Positions 42,601 to 52,259 of a DNA stretch of 64,000 bases are shown here, piece after piece. The DNA lies in the NCBI GenBank assembly GCA_963840855.1, contig CAWJBB010000001.1:1-64000 (forward strand). Direction: 5' to 3'. The position numbers were made by a program, and so were the translations under genes. The stretch's first letter is position 1, and each line of letters starts with the position of its first letter. Below the pieces are notes generated by a model. The model did not search any database, was not told the origin of the DNA, and saw nothing but the letters and a program-made list of their open reading frames with translations. The stretch comes from an uncultured delta proteobacterium. GTDB taxonomy: Bacteria > Desulfobacterota > Binatia > UBA9968.

Positions 42601-43867
42601 ATGGATCAATCCAATCGTTTAGTTTCGGAGAACTCGCCGCTGGGCCGACTCGTTGAGAATGCCTTGGGCGAGCTCAAGCAGTTAGGGTACAGCAGGAGAT
42701 CGCTGAATCGGTATCGAGCAATATGGGAACACTTCATCGAGTTTTCCCGCCAGAAGAAACTGGGAGTTGAGTTTTCCGGGAATCTGGCAGCTCGCTTTGT
42801 GGAGGAGTATCCGGTTGGGAATGAAGTGGTGGATGAGCCGGGCGAGGAATGGCGGCGGCATATCGTGGTTGCTGTAAAGGTGCTTGCGGACTTTGCTCAA
42901 TACGGCCGCATCGGACGTGCCCGCACCGACATCGAAGAGATCCATCTTTGTCCGGCCACAAAGAAGGTGCTTCAGGACTACGAACAGTACTGTAAGGATC
43001 GACTTCAGTTTCGGCCGGCGACCCTTCAAAAGCGTAGCGGGGAACTCACGATCTTTTTGGATTTTCTGAGTTCGAGGAAAGCGAGGACCCTGGGCCAGAT
43101 TCAGGCGCTGGATCTGTCCGAATTCCTGTCTTTTCGGGGTCACTTGAAAGCCGAACACCGTCTCGCGACTGGTCTCGGATGTGCGTTCCTTTCTTCGGTT
43201 CCTGACCATGCGTGGGATTCTCCAAAAAGATCTCAGTGCGGAGTTGCCAACAATCCGTGTTCACAGAGATGCCAGTATCCCCTCGGTGTGGGATCACGAG
43301 CTCATCATCAAGCTGCTCGGGGCGATCGATCGCAGTTCGGCCAAAGGCAAACGGGATTACGCCATTCTCTTGCTGGCATGCCGGTTGGGATTGCGTACCG
43401 GGGATATTCGCACACTGAAACTGGATCATCTCCATTGGGAAGATTCCAGGATAGAGATTACGCAGTCGAAAACGACCACGCCCCTCAGCCTGCCTCTGAC
43501 CGAAGAGGTCGGCGAAGCATTGATCGACTACTTGAGATCGGGTCGTCCCAAAACCGCGCACCGAGAGATCTTCCTCAAATTGAACCCTCCTTTTGATCCT
43601 TTTGGTCGAAACAACAACCTATACGACGTTGTTACGTATTGGCGCCAACTGGCGGGGATCACATTTCGCACTCCACAAAAGCGAGGAATCCATTCCCTTC
43701 GCCACACTCTGGCAACTCGGCTTCTGGAGCAGGGTACTCCTTTTCCCACCATTGCGGACATCTTGGGGCATACCAGTTTGGAATCGACACGCATTTACGC
43801 CAAAGCCGATGTGGAAGCCTTGCGCAGCGTGGCGTTGGATACTGAGGAGGTGAATCATGCCGAATGA
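42601..43867 (+). CDS. RIT tyrosine recombinase A, frameshifted near 43148
   Basis: N-terminal SAM-like domains; GKRDYAILLL..GLR, HSLRHTLAT, LGH..STRIY; AAGGAGG RBS. Confidence 0.88.
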
Positions 43868-44840
43868 TCAATCCAGCGCTCAGTTCCAAAGCATCCTCGC
43901 TCCTCTCATGGACAGATTTGTCCAGGAAAAGAACGCCTGTGGATACCAGTATCATGAGCCAAGCCGAATCTTGCGGTGCCTCGACCATTTGCTGGTCCAG
44001 GAAGGGTTGACGACCTATGAGTTACCTCGACCCATCGCCCAAAAATGGTTAGCCAAGAGGACCCACGAAAGTCCCAGAACCCAACAGCAACGGGTCATGG
44101 TCGTTCGCCAGTTCTCCAGGTTCCTGTTCCGGCTTGGTTATTCTGCGTATGTGCCCGATTCAACACTGGCTCCACGAGGTCAATCGAGTTTTACACCAAG
44201 AATTTTGACTCATGAAGAGATTGGAAAGCTCCTTCAAGCCGTGGACGCGCTCGAACCCACCGCACGTTCGCCTCTGCGGCACCTGATTATGCCCGAAGTT
44301 TTCCGCCTCCTGTATGGCTGCGGTTTTCGTCTCGGGGAAGTGTTGAATCTACGTGTCCGAGACGCAGACCTCGATCAAGGTATCGTCACTGTACACCAAG
44401 GAAAGTTTAGAAAAGATCGCCTGGTTCCTCTCGCCCTGTCGCTGGTGAATCGCTTACGCAAGTACGCCGCCCGTTTCGAAAATTGCCCGCTCGATGCGAT
44501 ATTCTTCCCGGCGCCCGATGCAGGACCCTACAGCTTGCGGACCGTTTACGGCCTGTTTCGTAAACTGCTACTGCAGTGTGGGATTGCTCACGCCGGACGA
44601 GGCAAGGGACCCAGGGTCCACGATCTTCGCCACACCTTCGCAGTCCATACCTTACTGCGTTGGTATCGAGACGGCGAGGATCTCAACGCCAAACTTCCCC
44701 TTCTGGCCACCTACCTGGGCCATCAGCATCTTTTGGGAACGCAGCGCTATCTTCATCTCACCGCAGAACTTTTTCCCGAGATCACAGCGCGACTCGACGC
44801 GGTCTTCGGTGAGGTCATTCCGAGGAGGATTGAGCTATGA
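43857..44840 (+). CDS. RIT tyrosine recombinase B
   Basis: LLYGCGFR, GKFRKDRLVP, HDLRHTFAV, LATYLGH..TQRYL. Confidence 0.92.
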   Translation: MPNDQSSAQFQSILAPLMDRFVQEKNACGYQYHEPSRILRCLDHLLVQEGLTTYELPRPIAQKWLAKRTHESPRTQQQRVMVVRQFSRFLFRLGYSAYVPDSTLAPRGQSSFTPRILTHEEIGKLLQAVDALEPTARSPLRHLIMPEVFRLLYGCGFRLGEVLNLRVRDADLDQGIVTVHQGKFRKDRLVPLALSLVNRLRKYAARFENCPLDAIFFPAPDAGPYSLRTVYGLFRKLLLQCGIAHAGRGKGPRVHDLRHTFAVHTLLRWYRDGEDLNAKLPLLATYLGHQHLLGTQRYLHLTAELFPEITARLDAVFGEVIPRRIEL

Positions 44841-45847
44841 AACCGACCGATCTCTCAGTTCACGTGACGACCTTTTTGACCCATTACCTGGCCGCACAGC
44901 GGAATATGAGCCCCAATACCATCAAGGCATACCGCGACGTGTTTACTCTCCTTCTCAGATTCTGCCGCGATGTCCAGGGAATCGCGCCGGAAAGACTACG
45001 TCTCGAACAGATCGATGTTTCTTTGGTGGAAGCGTTCCTGGATTACTTGGAAAGAGAAAGGGGCTCTGCGCCCACTACACGAAACCATCGCCTTGCCGCC
45101 CTGCACGCATTTTTCCGATATGTTCAGTCCGAGGAGCCCGACCGCCTGCTTCAGTGCCAAAAAATCCTCGCCATTCCCCAGCGCCGACACGCCCGTCCGA
45201 CGGTTGGTTATCTTTCCAAAGAGGACTTGGGTGAAATTCTGGCGCAGCCGGACCTGACAAATCCAGGGGGCCGAAGAGACGCGGTTTTGCTAAGCATCCT
45301 CTACGATACCGGAGCGCGAGTTCAGGAGCTGATCGATCTTTCAGCGGGAGACGTGCGATTGGATCCACCCGCGCAGGTGCGCCTTATAGGAAAGGGACGC
45401 AAGATGCGTGCTGTACCTTTGATGCAGAAGACCGTCCAGCTCCTACGCGATCATATGCACGAAAACCATTTGGATCGTCCCGAACAGTTTGACCGGCCTC
45501 TTTTCCGCAACGGATGCGACCAACGATTATCCCGTTCTGGAATCCGCTACATCCTTCAAAAACATGTCAGGAAGGCACGAAGCAAGCGTGCGGGTCTGAA
45601 CCGAACGGTGACTCCGCACATGCTTCGCCACACCAAAGGAATGCACCTGTTACAGAGTGGAATCACCCCTGAGATGATCCGGGACTTCCTGGGCCATGTG
45701 GACGTCAAAACGACTCAGATCTATGCGAGGGCAAATCTTGAGATGAAGCGAAATGCTCTTGAGAGAATCAGCGACTCTTCGCCGGTCCAAGCGATTCCAT
45801 CCTGGCAACAGAACAAGAACCTTCTTGAGTGGCTCCGTTCTTTGTAA
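44837..45847 (+). CDS. RIT tyrosine recombinase C
   Basis: SPNTIKAYRD, TRNHRLAA, LYDTGARVQE, GKGRK, PHMLRH, LGH..TTQIYA. Confidence 0.92.
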   Translation: MKPTDLSVHVTTFLTHYLAAQRNMSPNTIKAYRDVFTLLLRFCRDVQGIAPERLRLEQIDVSLVEAFLDYLERERGSAPTTRNHRLAALHAFFRYVQSEEPDRLLQCQKILAIPQRRHARPTVGYLSKEDLGEILAQPDLTNPGGRRDAVLLSILYDTGARVQELIDLSAGDVRLDPPAQVRLIGKGRKMRAVPLMQKTVQLLRDHMHENHLDRPEQFDRPLFRNGCDQRLSRSGIRYILQKHVRKARSKRAGLNRTVTPHMLRHTKGMHLLQSGITPEMIRDFLGHVDVKTTQIYARANLEMKRNALERISDSSPVQAIPSWQQNKNLLEWLRSL

Positions 45848-45950
45848 AACATCGGGGGATACCCATGCCAGGTCTGAACCGAGCTCCGCCAACCGCAACC
45901 AGATTGTTATGTGGAGTGCCACCAACCAGATGGCCCTGCAATCAAAAGGG

Positions 45951-46979
45951 TTAGGGCACCTCACTGCGCATAACTACTGTCTGCGCATAATAAATCATGG
46001 TAGTCGTCACATCCGTGTGACCCAAAAGCTCTTGGACCGTTCGGATATCGTAGCCATCTTCGAGCAAGTGCGTGGCAAAAGAATGGCGAAACGTGTGCGG
46101 GCTTGCCGGCTTGAGAACCCCGGCTTTTTGCACGGCCTCTTTCACCGCCTTCTGCAAGACTGACTCGTGAAGATGGTGCCTGCGCCTCTCCCCCGTTACC
46201 CTGTCTGTGTAATGGTTGGTCGCCGGAAACACCCACTGCCATCCCCACTCTTTCCCGGCGTTTGGATATTTTCGCTCAAGGGCATTGGGCAGAGCGACTC
46301 GACCCAGGCCTCGCTCGAGATCGCACTGGTGTTGTCGTCTTATCACTTCTAGGTGCTTTGCGAGAGGTTCTTTGACTGCCGCGGGAAGCATTGTGTGCCG
46401 ATCCTTGTCTCCCTTACCGGCGCGAACTACGATCTGGTTGCTGGTGAAATCAAGATCCTTGACCCTCAGCCGCAAGCATTCCATCAATCGGACACCGGCT
46501 CCATAAAGCAACATGGCCATGATCCAATCGGAGCCGTCGAGGGAAGCGAGAATAGATCTGACTTCCTGCCGTGTCAACACTACCGGGAGCCTGTGCGGCC
46601 TTTTCGCCCGAACGACACCGTTCACATATCCGATGTCTTTCTTTAAAACCTCACGGTAGAGAAACAGGAGGGCATTGAGGGCTTGGTTCTGAGTGGACGC
46701 GCTGACGTGTAATTCGGTGGCCAGGCTCGAAAGAAATCCTCCGATTTCTTTTTCACCCATCTCCGCCGGATGGCGTTTGTTGTGAAAGAAAATAAATCGC
46801 TTGATCCAATGAACATACGCCTTCTCGGTCATATAACTGTAGTGGCGTGTTCGAATCGCCTGGCGCACTTGGTCGAGTAACTTTGGTTTCGCCGATGATG
46901 GTAGCACGCTGGCCGTTGGCGCCGGTTGATTCGCGGAAACTCGGTGTCGGCTCAGTTGGTATACTTTGGCGTTTTCCAT
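45951..46979 (-). CDS. intI: Integron integrase, C-terminal tail replaced by RIT sequence immediately after the catalytic Tyr
   Basis: [37 protein letters not shown], integron-specific insert [41 protein letters not shown] then YAQTVV instead of THVL; GGGAGG RBS. Confidence 0.93.
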   Translation of the reverse strand: MENAKVYQLSRHRVSANQPAPTASVLPSSAKPKLLDQVRQAIRTRHYSYMTEKAYVHWIKRFIFFHNKRHPAEMGEKEIGGFLSSLATELHVSASTQNQALNALLFLYREVLKKDIGYVNGVVRAKRPHRLPVVLTRQEVRSILASLDGSDWIMAMLLYGAGVRLMECLRLRVKDLDFTSNQIVVRAGKGDKDRHTMLPAAVKEPLAKHLEVIRRQHQCDLERGLGRVALPNALERKYPNAGKEWGWQWVFPATNHYTDRVTGERRRHHLHESVLQKAVKEAVQKAGVLKPASPHTFRHSFATHLLEDGYDIRTVQELLGHTDVTTTMIYYAQTVVMRSEVP

Positions 46980-47080
46980 GGTGTGTCCTCCCGTTGTGTG
47001 ACTCCATTCCAAGGGTTCCCGATCACGTGTAGCAAGAAGTCGTAGATCGCTTTTTGCCTGGCAGTCAGTGCGGGACGCAT
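46952..47080 (-). pseudogene. lexA N-terminal stub (42-aa ORF) directly upstream of intI
   Basis: [17 protein letters not shown] resembles LexA helix 1 (E. coli MKALTARQQEVFDLI); the similarity then stops. Confidence 0.65.
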
Positions 47081-47087
47081 GAAAGGC

Positions 47088-47116
47088 TATATACTGAAAT
47101 TAATTACAGTAGTCAA
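47088..47116 (-). promoter_or_regulatory. Sigma70 promoter with a LexA (SOS) box in the spacer, driving the lexA stub and intI
   Basis: TTGACT-17 bp-TATATA; palindromic TACTG-TAATTAATTT-CAGTA at 47092-47111 (CTG-N10-CAG). Confidence 0.8.
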
Positions 47117-47221
47117 CGGCAAGGCATAGTCATCGGTGTCGAGTCTAGAGTTAAGTAATTCTGCTTGAAGGATGTGACGGCAAACGATTGATGAGGAGAA
47201 GACAACCAGCGTTTTCCCCGT

Positions 47222-47243
47222 GAGTATAATTTACATGTTCGTC
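47222..47243 (+). other. Candidate attI site of the right integron
   Basis: GAGTATAATTTACAT-GTTCGTC upstream of and divergent from intI; unrelated gene debris starts right after the GTT. Confidence 0.4.
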
Positions 47244-47340
47244 AGATCCCCAAGTGCTGACACAGGAATTCCGGTTGGACGATCAATTCACTGCCCGTGC
47301 CCTCGAACGCGATGCGGCCTTTGACCAGAATGACGTTTCC
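47242..47340 (-). pseudogene. C-terminal fragment of a LivF-like ABC ATPase
   Basis: ILVKGRIAFEGTGSEL..LCQHLGI* with no Walker motifs upstream. Confidence 0.55.
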
Positions 47341-47585
47341 GTCGCCGGGCCCCCTGCCGATGAGAATATTGACGACTTCGCGCGCGGCTTGGGTTTGGCA
47401 GTCGACAAGGAGATCATCGCAAATCACTAATTCATTTTAAGCAACCTTTTAATGTTGCCTGACATGATCAAGCGAAGATCTTCGATTGGACTGACTACTT
47501 GTTGCGGTGGCACCAATTCCCAAACAACCTGGATGGCTCATACCAAAGTGGCGCAAAGGCGTGAACGCGCTTTGGGGATTGATCA

Positions 47586-48305
47586 CTATGCGGGTAAATC
47601 GGCAACAGGCACTCCCCTGTCAATCGCCGCGCATTTCACCGCTTCGGCGGCGGACTTGTGTCGCGCCATTTCCAACACTTCGGCGGCGCGCGCCCGCGGG
47701 ATGAAGCAGACCCCCGTGTCGTCGGCGAACACGATGTCTCCGGGGGCCACTCGAATACCGGCCACCACGATCTCGCTGTTGATCTCAATGGTTTCGATGC
47801 GCCATTTTCCGGTGACCGGCGTTATCTCGCTGGCCCAAATGGGATAGCCGACGCGGCGCGAATGAGCGAGATCGCGAACTCCACCGAAAACGATCGCTCC
47901 AACTTCGCCCTGGCGCTTTGCCGTCTGCGCTGAAATGCCGCCCATGTTCGATATTCCAACCACGCCGTCGATGACGACGATGTCTCCCGGCAGCGCTAAG
48001 TTGTGAGCTTCGAACTCAGCCATCCTGTTTACGTGCCGCCGAGCGGCTTCATAAACATGCTCGCGCTGGACGATATTACGCACCGTCAGCGCCGGCCCGA
48101 CGATCGAAGAGCCGGGAATCGTCGGCTTCAACACCGACGCGCCGATCACGCCGGTTATGCCAAGCTCGTCCATCACGTCCGATACAATACCGCTGGCATC
48201 TCCGAGCGCCCGAAACCCGTCGATAATACCCTCGGGCGGCCGCGGCGTTGCCATCAATCGGATTCGCTCACGCGCGATCTTGCCGGTCAGTCTTATTTCA
48301 GCCAT
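47586..48305 (-). CDS. RraA/HMG-aldolase family protein
   Basis: VSDVMD, IVGPALTV, GDIVVID..GG, GGVRD, PGDIVFADDTGV. Confidence 0.88.
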   Translation of the reverse strand: MAEIRLTGKIARERIRLMATPRPPEGIIDGFRALGDASGIVSDVMDELGITGVIGASVLKPTIPGSSIVGPALTVRNIVQREHVYEAARRHVNRMAEFEAHNLALPGDIVVIDGVVGISNMGGISAQTAKRQGEVGAIVFGGVRDLAHSRRVGYPIWASEITPVTGKWRIETIEINSEIVVAGIRVAPGDIVFADDTGVCFIPRARAAEVLEMARHKSAAEAVKCAAIDRGVPVADLPA

Positions 48306-48330
48306 CGTCCCACTCCGTTTTTTTACTTCA

Positions 48331-50751
48331 TCATCCGCCCAGTAGCCGCGAAAGGGCAGCCGTGATTGTCTGTGCGATGCGTTCAGAGGTCAAAGAAGAC
48401 GGCAGGGGAATATGGAGAGCTGGTTTATCATCCGCTGGATCTTTTTTGACGAGCGGTGCAATGGCCGCTTCGATATTGCGGGCGAGTTGTCCAATTCCAG
48501 CGCTTTGAGGGCGCGGCCCTTCGCGCGGCGCTCTCCCGGCGGCGGGTTGAGTAGAGCCTTCATTGGATGCGCCAGTTTCGCTTAGTGAGAGACTTTCGAG
48601 AAATTTCATCCCTGCCTCCAGCAACATCCCCAGCGCGTGACCGATACCGTCCGGCCTCTCGAACCCTGGTTGAGCAGCCGACTCCCGGTTAATCGTCTCG
48701 CCGCGTTTACCGGTCTTCATGTCGGTCGCTGGCTCGGCCGGCGCCGCCGCGTCCGGCACAATTTCTTTTAAGGTTTCCATCATCGATCTTCGGCCCAGCT
48801 TTTCGAAGCTAACTTCGGAACTGGCGCCGTCGAACAGACCTTCAAACAGCGCCTTCTTGAGCCGAATGGTTTCCCAAACGCGCTCCTCGATGCTGTTTTC
48901 GGTCAACAAGTGCACGGCAAGCACCGGCCGCGATTGTCCCATGCGGTGAACCCGAGCGATGCGCTGTTCAAGACGGGCGGGATTCCAGGGCTGCTCGATG
49001 TTGATCACCGCGGAGGCAGCCTGAAGATTGATGCCGACGCCGCCGGCATCCGTGGACAGGAATACTTTTATGTCGTTTTGCTCGCGAAATTTGGCGATCA
49101 GTTGGCCGCGCCGCCGCGTCGGGATGGCGCCGTGCAGCGAGACGTAACCGATTTTCATCTTCGCCAGCAACTCACCGACCAGGGAATTCATTTTTTCCCA
49201 CTCGCTGAAGACCACGACTTTGCGCTTCTCTTCGATGACGAGTTCTCGCAGGATTTCCTTTAGCTCCTCCATCTTCGGCGAGACCTTGGTTTCCTTGTCA
49301 AAGAGAAATGTCGAGTCACAGATCATGCGCATGTTTTGAATCGCGCACAGCAAGCGCTGCTGATCCACGGGCGACAGCCACCCCTGGCGCTCCATTTTGC
49401 GCACGAGCGCGGCGACGATAATTTGCTGATCGCCATAGTATGACGCCTGCTCCGGACTCATGGGAACGCGAAAGATTTTATCGGTGCGGGGCGGGAGATC
49501 TTTCAACACCTGGTCGCGGCGCCGGCGCAGCAAAATCGGCGCAAGCTTTTCCCGGACTTGATCCAAATTGCGGTAGCCGATGAGTTTTCCCTTCTCATTG
49601 ACTTGCTGGTGCTCGCTCAGAAAACGGAACGCCGGCCCGAGCCGTCTGCCGTCCACGAACTGAACCACGGAATAGAGCTCTTCCAGTTTGTTTTCCAAAG
49701 GCGTCCCAGTAAGGACCAGAGCGTAACGGCTGCGCAAGAGTTTTATGGTACGGGCGGTGGCGGTTTCCCAGTTGCGGATGCGCTGAGCCTCATCCAAAAT
49801 GATCAGATCGGGCAACAGCGCCGACACGCTATCGATATCGCGGCGCACCAGCTCATAGTTTACGATCTTGAAGAAAGCCTCTGAGTTGTATAACGCGCCG
49901 CGCCGCTCGGACGAACCGTCGATCACCACCGCGCTGCGGTCGCTGAAGCGATTGATCTCTGTCAGCCATTGATGCTTCACCGAAGCCGGACAAATCACCA
50001 GCGCGCGGCTGATGCCCCGGTGGCGCGCCAGCATTTCCGCGGCGCCGATCGCCTGGATGGTTTTGCCCAGTCCCATATCATCGGCGATAATGGTCCTTCC
50101 CCGACCAGCAGCAAAGAGCACACCGCGCATTTGAAAAGGATACAGAGGAACTTTCAGGAGTTTGTCCAGCGGCAGCTTGCCCTGCTCCAACAAGCGCAGC
50201 TCTTTGGCTTCAAATGCCAGCGATTCGGCCGCCGCTATTTCGCGGTCGACCCATTCCAGAACGTCCCCGTAAATCACGACCTTTTCATCGAGCGAGCGAA
50301 ATCGGCCCAACGCCTGAGCAAACTGATTCAGCCGGTCTGGTTTGAGCAAACCCTCGGCGTCGAAAAACTCATCTTTCAATTCGCGCAGATCCGATGAGAT
50401 CTGGCGCGGAGATTTGATGCGCACTTTCGGCGGGTCGCGGTAGTCTAGGTAGATAGTTGTGTGCTCGCGCTGGTAGCGCGCATGATCGAGCTTGCGGCCA
50501 AAGCGTGAGCGCGCGCGCAGCAAGACCGCCTCGATATGTTTGCAGGTGCCGAGCGTGTTTACGGCGTAGTCGGGGCAAGCGCAGTAATTTTCAAAAAGCC
50601 CCACGCCGCGCAGCGCCACGCGATACAACCGTTTGCTCGCCGGAGAAAAGACCTGGTAATCCCCAAATACGGCCAGGCTCTGCGACTCTATTTTAAAAGT
50701 TTCCTTGCGCGCCCGTAACCGCCGCTCCGCGATTTGTTCTTCAATCAGCAT
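48331..50751 (-). CDS. SWIM zinc finger / SNF2 family helicase
   Basis: CACPD..TCKH, ADDMGLGKT, DEAQ, LTGTPLEN, STDAGGVGINLQ, WNPARLEQRIARVHR. Confidence 0.92.
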   Translation of the reverse strand: MLIEEQIAERRLRARKETFKIESQSLAVFGDYQVFSPASKRLYRVALRGVGLFENYCACPDYAVNTLGTCKHIEAVLLRARSRFGRKLDHARYQREHTTIYLDYRDPPKVRIKSPRQISSDLRELKDEFFDAEGLLKPDRLNQFAQALGRFRSLDEKVVIYGDVLEWVDREIAAAESLAFEAKELRLLEQGKLPLDKLLKVPLYPFQMRGVLFAAGRGRTIIADDMGLGKTIQAIGAAEMLARHRGISRALVICPASVKHQWLTEINRFSDRSAVVIDGSSERRGALYNSEAFFKIVNYELVRRDIDSVSALLPDLIILDEAQRIRNWETATARTIKLLRSRYALVLTGTPLENKLEELYSVVQFVDGRRLGPAFRFLSEHQQVNEKGKLIGYRNLDQVREKLAPILLRRRRDQVLKDLPPRTDKIFRVPMSPEQASYYGDQQIIVAALVRKMERQGWLSPVDQQRLLCAIQNMRMICDSTFLFDKETKVSPKMEELKEILRELVIEEKRKVVVFSEWEKMNSLVGELLAKMKIGYVSLHGAIPTRRRGQLIAKFREQNDIKVFLSTDAGGVGINLQAASAVINIEQPWNPARLEQRIARVHRMGQSRPVLAVHLLTENSIEERVWETIRLKKALFEGLFDGASSEVSFEKLGRRSMMETLKEIVPDAAAPAEPATDMKTGKRGETINRESAAQPGFERPDGIGHALGMLLEAGMKFLESLSLSETGASNEGSTQPAAGRAPREGPRPQSAGIGQLARNIEAAIAPLVKKDPADDKPALHIPLPSSLTSERIAQTITAALSRLLGG

Positions 50752-50790
50752 GATTACTGGGAACTCTCCCGCTATTTTCCGCGCCCGCTT

Positions 50791-51840
50791 TTAAAAAGCC
50801 ACCGGATACATTCGCTTTGGATTCTCCGTCATGATCTTTTGCTTGGTGTCCATCGACACATCTTCTCGCGCCAGGAACTTTTCGACGTTCTCATGGAACT
50901 CGGTACGCGGTTCGTGGGGAAAATCGGTCGCACAAAATAGAATGTCGTCGCGCAATAGTTCGGCGATTTGCGCGATGCTCCGGTCCTCGAGCTCGCAATG
51001 AATAAAAATTCTGCCGCTCTTCAAATGCTCCGAAGGCACCACTTTACATTCGGGCGCCTGAGCACTCCGGTGCTCATACTCCATATCCAACCGCTCCATC
51101 AAATAAGGCACCCAACCGCAGCCGGCTTCCGCGTAGGCGATCCGTAACGACGGGAAACGGTCGAACACCCCGCTATAGATCATGCTCGTCATCTGGATCA
51201 TCTGCGCGAAGCCGTGGCTCAGGGCTCGCACCTCGATAAGTTTATCGAACGCATCCAAGCCAATCCCCTGCGTCGGCGCCGCGTGCACCGCCAGCAACGC
51301 TCCCAATTCCTGCGCCGTTTCGTAGACTGGCCTATACATGTCGTGACCCAAAGGCTGGCGCAAGCCAACGGCGGGAAGCACGGCACCGACAAAGCCGAGT
51401 TCCCCGACGGCGCGCCGCAACTCTTTCACGGCATCGGGAATCGACTGCAAAGGGATCAACGCCATCCCTTTGAGCCGCTTCTCCGGTTTGGTAAAGCACT
51501 CGTAGAGATAATTGTTATAGCCCGCGGCCAACGCGCAGGCCCATTCCTTGTCCCGCACCATGCCGAAAGTTAGGCCGGACGTCGGATATAAGACTGACCA
51601 GGCAATCTCGTCCTCATCGAGAAACTGTTGCCACTCTTTCAGACTGCCCTTGACGATGTAGCGCCCTTTGCCATCGACCACTCTGAGGGCCTGGCGGTGA
51701 AAACCGTCCAGTGTTGGGAAAAAAGAAAACGAGAGCAAATCCTCGCGCCCTCTATACGGCGGCGGCAAAAACTTCAGAAGCTCGGTATCGCTTTCAACAA
51801 CATGCCCGTCGGCATCGATAAAACCCTTGACATTCGTCAT
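50791..51840 (-). CDS. Amidohydrolase_2 family protein
   Basis: IDADGHVVE, VLYPT, GVFDRFPSL, EAGCGWVP, ATDFPH. Confidence 0.9.
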   Translation of the reverse strand: MTNVKGFIDADGHVVESDTELLKFLPPPYRGREDLLSFSFFPTLDGFHRQALRVVDGKGRYIVKGSLKEWQQFLDEDEIAWSVLYPTSGLTFGMVRDKEWACALAAGYNNYLYECFTKPEKRLKGMALIPLQSIPDAVKELRRAVGELGFVGAVLPAVGLRQPLGHDMYRPVYETAQELGALLAVHAAPTQGIGLDAFDKLIEVRALSHGFAQMIQMTSMIYSGVFDRFPSLRIAYAEAGCGWVPYLMERLDMEYEHRSAQAPECKVVPSEHLKSGRIFIHCELEDRSIAQIAELLRDDILFCATDFPHEPRTEFHENVEKFLAREDVSMDTKQKIMTENPKRMYPVAF

Positions 51841-51909
51841 AGCGAACCTCCATGGCCGCACTTAATGATATAGACACTTCCACGGTGTTCACAATCTCTT
51901 TTCCGGCGC

Positions 51910-51990
51910 CTATCTATAAACATTCTTTATAAACCCGCTGGTTTCAAGCTCGCGCACGAAACGATCGTCAATGACCGAGTCGACTTTGTC
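51910..51990 (-). pseudogene. C-terminal remnant of an SsuA-like substrate-binding protein
   Basis: DSVIDDRFVRELETSGFIKNVYR*. Confidence 0.55.
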
Positions 51991-52061
51991 AAGAACGGAC
52001 GTTTCTTATTCTCCTTCGCCGAATACCTCGCAGCTTGGTGCGAGGATGAAGGTGACGAGAA

Positions 52062-52180
52062 CCCTCCGTAGCCTTGGCGAAGGAGGGTGGAAGGGCTTCG
52101 GCCTTCGCCGACCGAAGTCAGCTACGGCCGACGAAGGTCGGAGAATTTCGCACAGATACCTCGGAGCTTTGCTCCGAGGA
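52062..52180. repeat. Cluster of hairpins (REP-like and IS200/IS605-end-like)
   Basis: CCCTCC-GTAGCCTTGGCGAA-GGAGGG; CCTTCG..CGAAGG; CCTCGGAGC-TTT-GCTCCGAGG perfect hairpin. Confidence 0.6.
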
Positions 52181-52259
52181 GCTTCATCCGCTTCGCGAAA
52201 GTACGCGCCATTTTTTGCTTTCTTTCGTTACGCGGGGTTGATATGGAGTCCAGTGGTTG

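Larger units (their letters stand above)
42458..45990 (+). mobile_element. Recombinase-in-trio (RIT) element, 3533 bp
   Basis: Three overlapping co-oriented tyrosine recombinases; terminal inverted repeats TTATGCGCAG-N6-GTTATG at both ends; internal CACATAA / TTATGTG sites. Confidence 0.92.

Noticed and set aside
48331-50751. SNF2 helicase as part of an anti-phage system
   Set aside because: It is a stand-alone SWIM-SNF2 gene with no methylase, nuclease or other defence partners adjacent.
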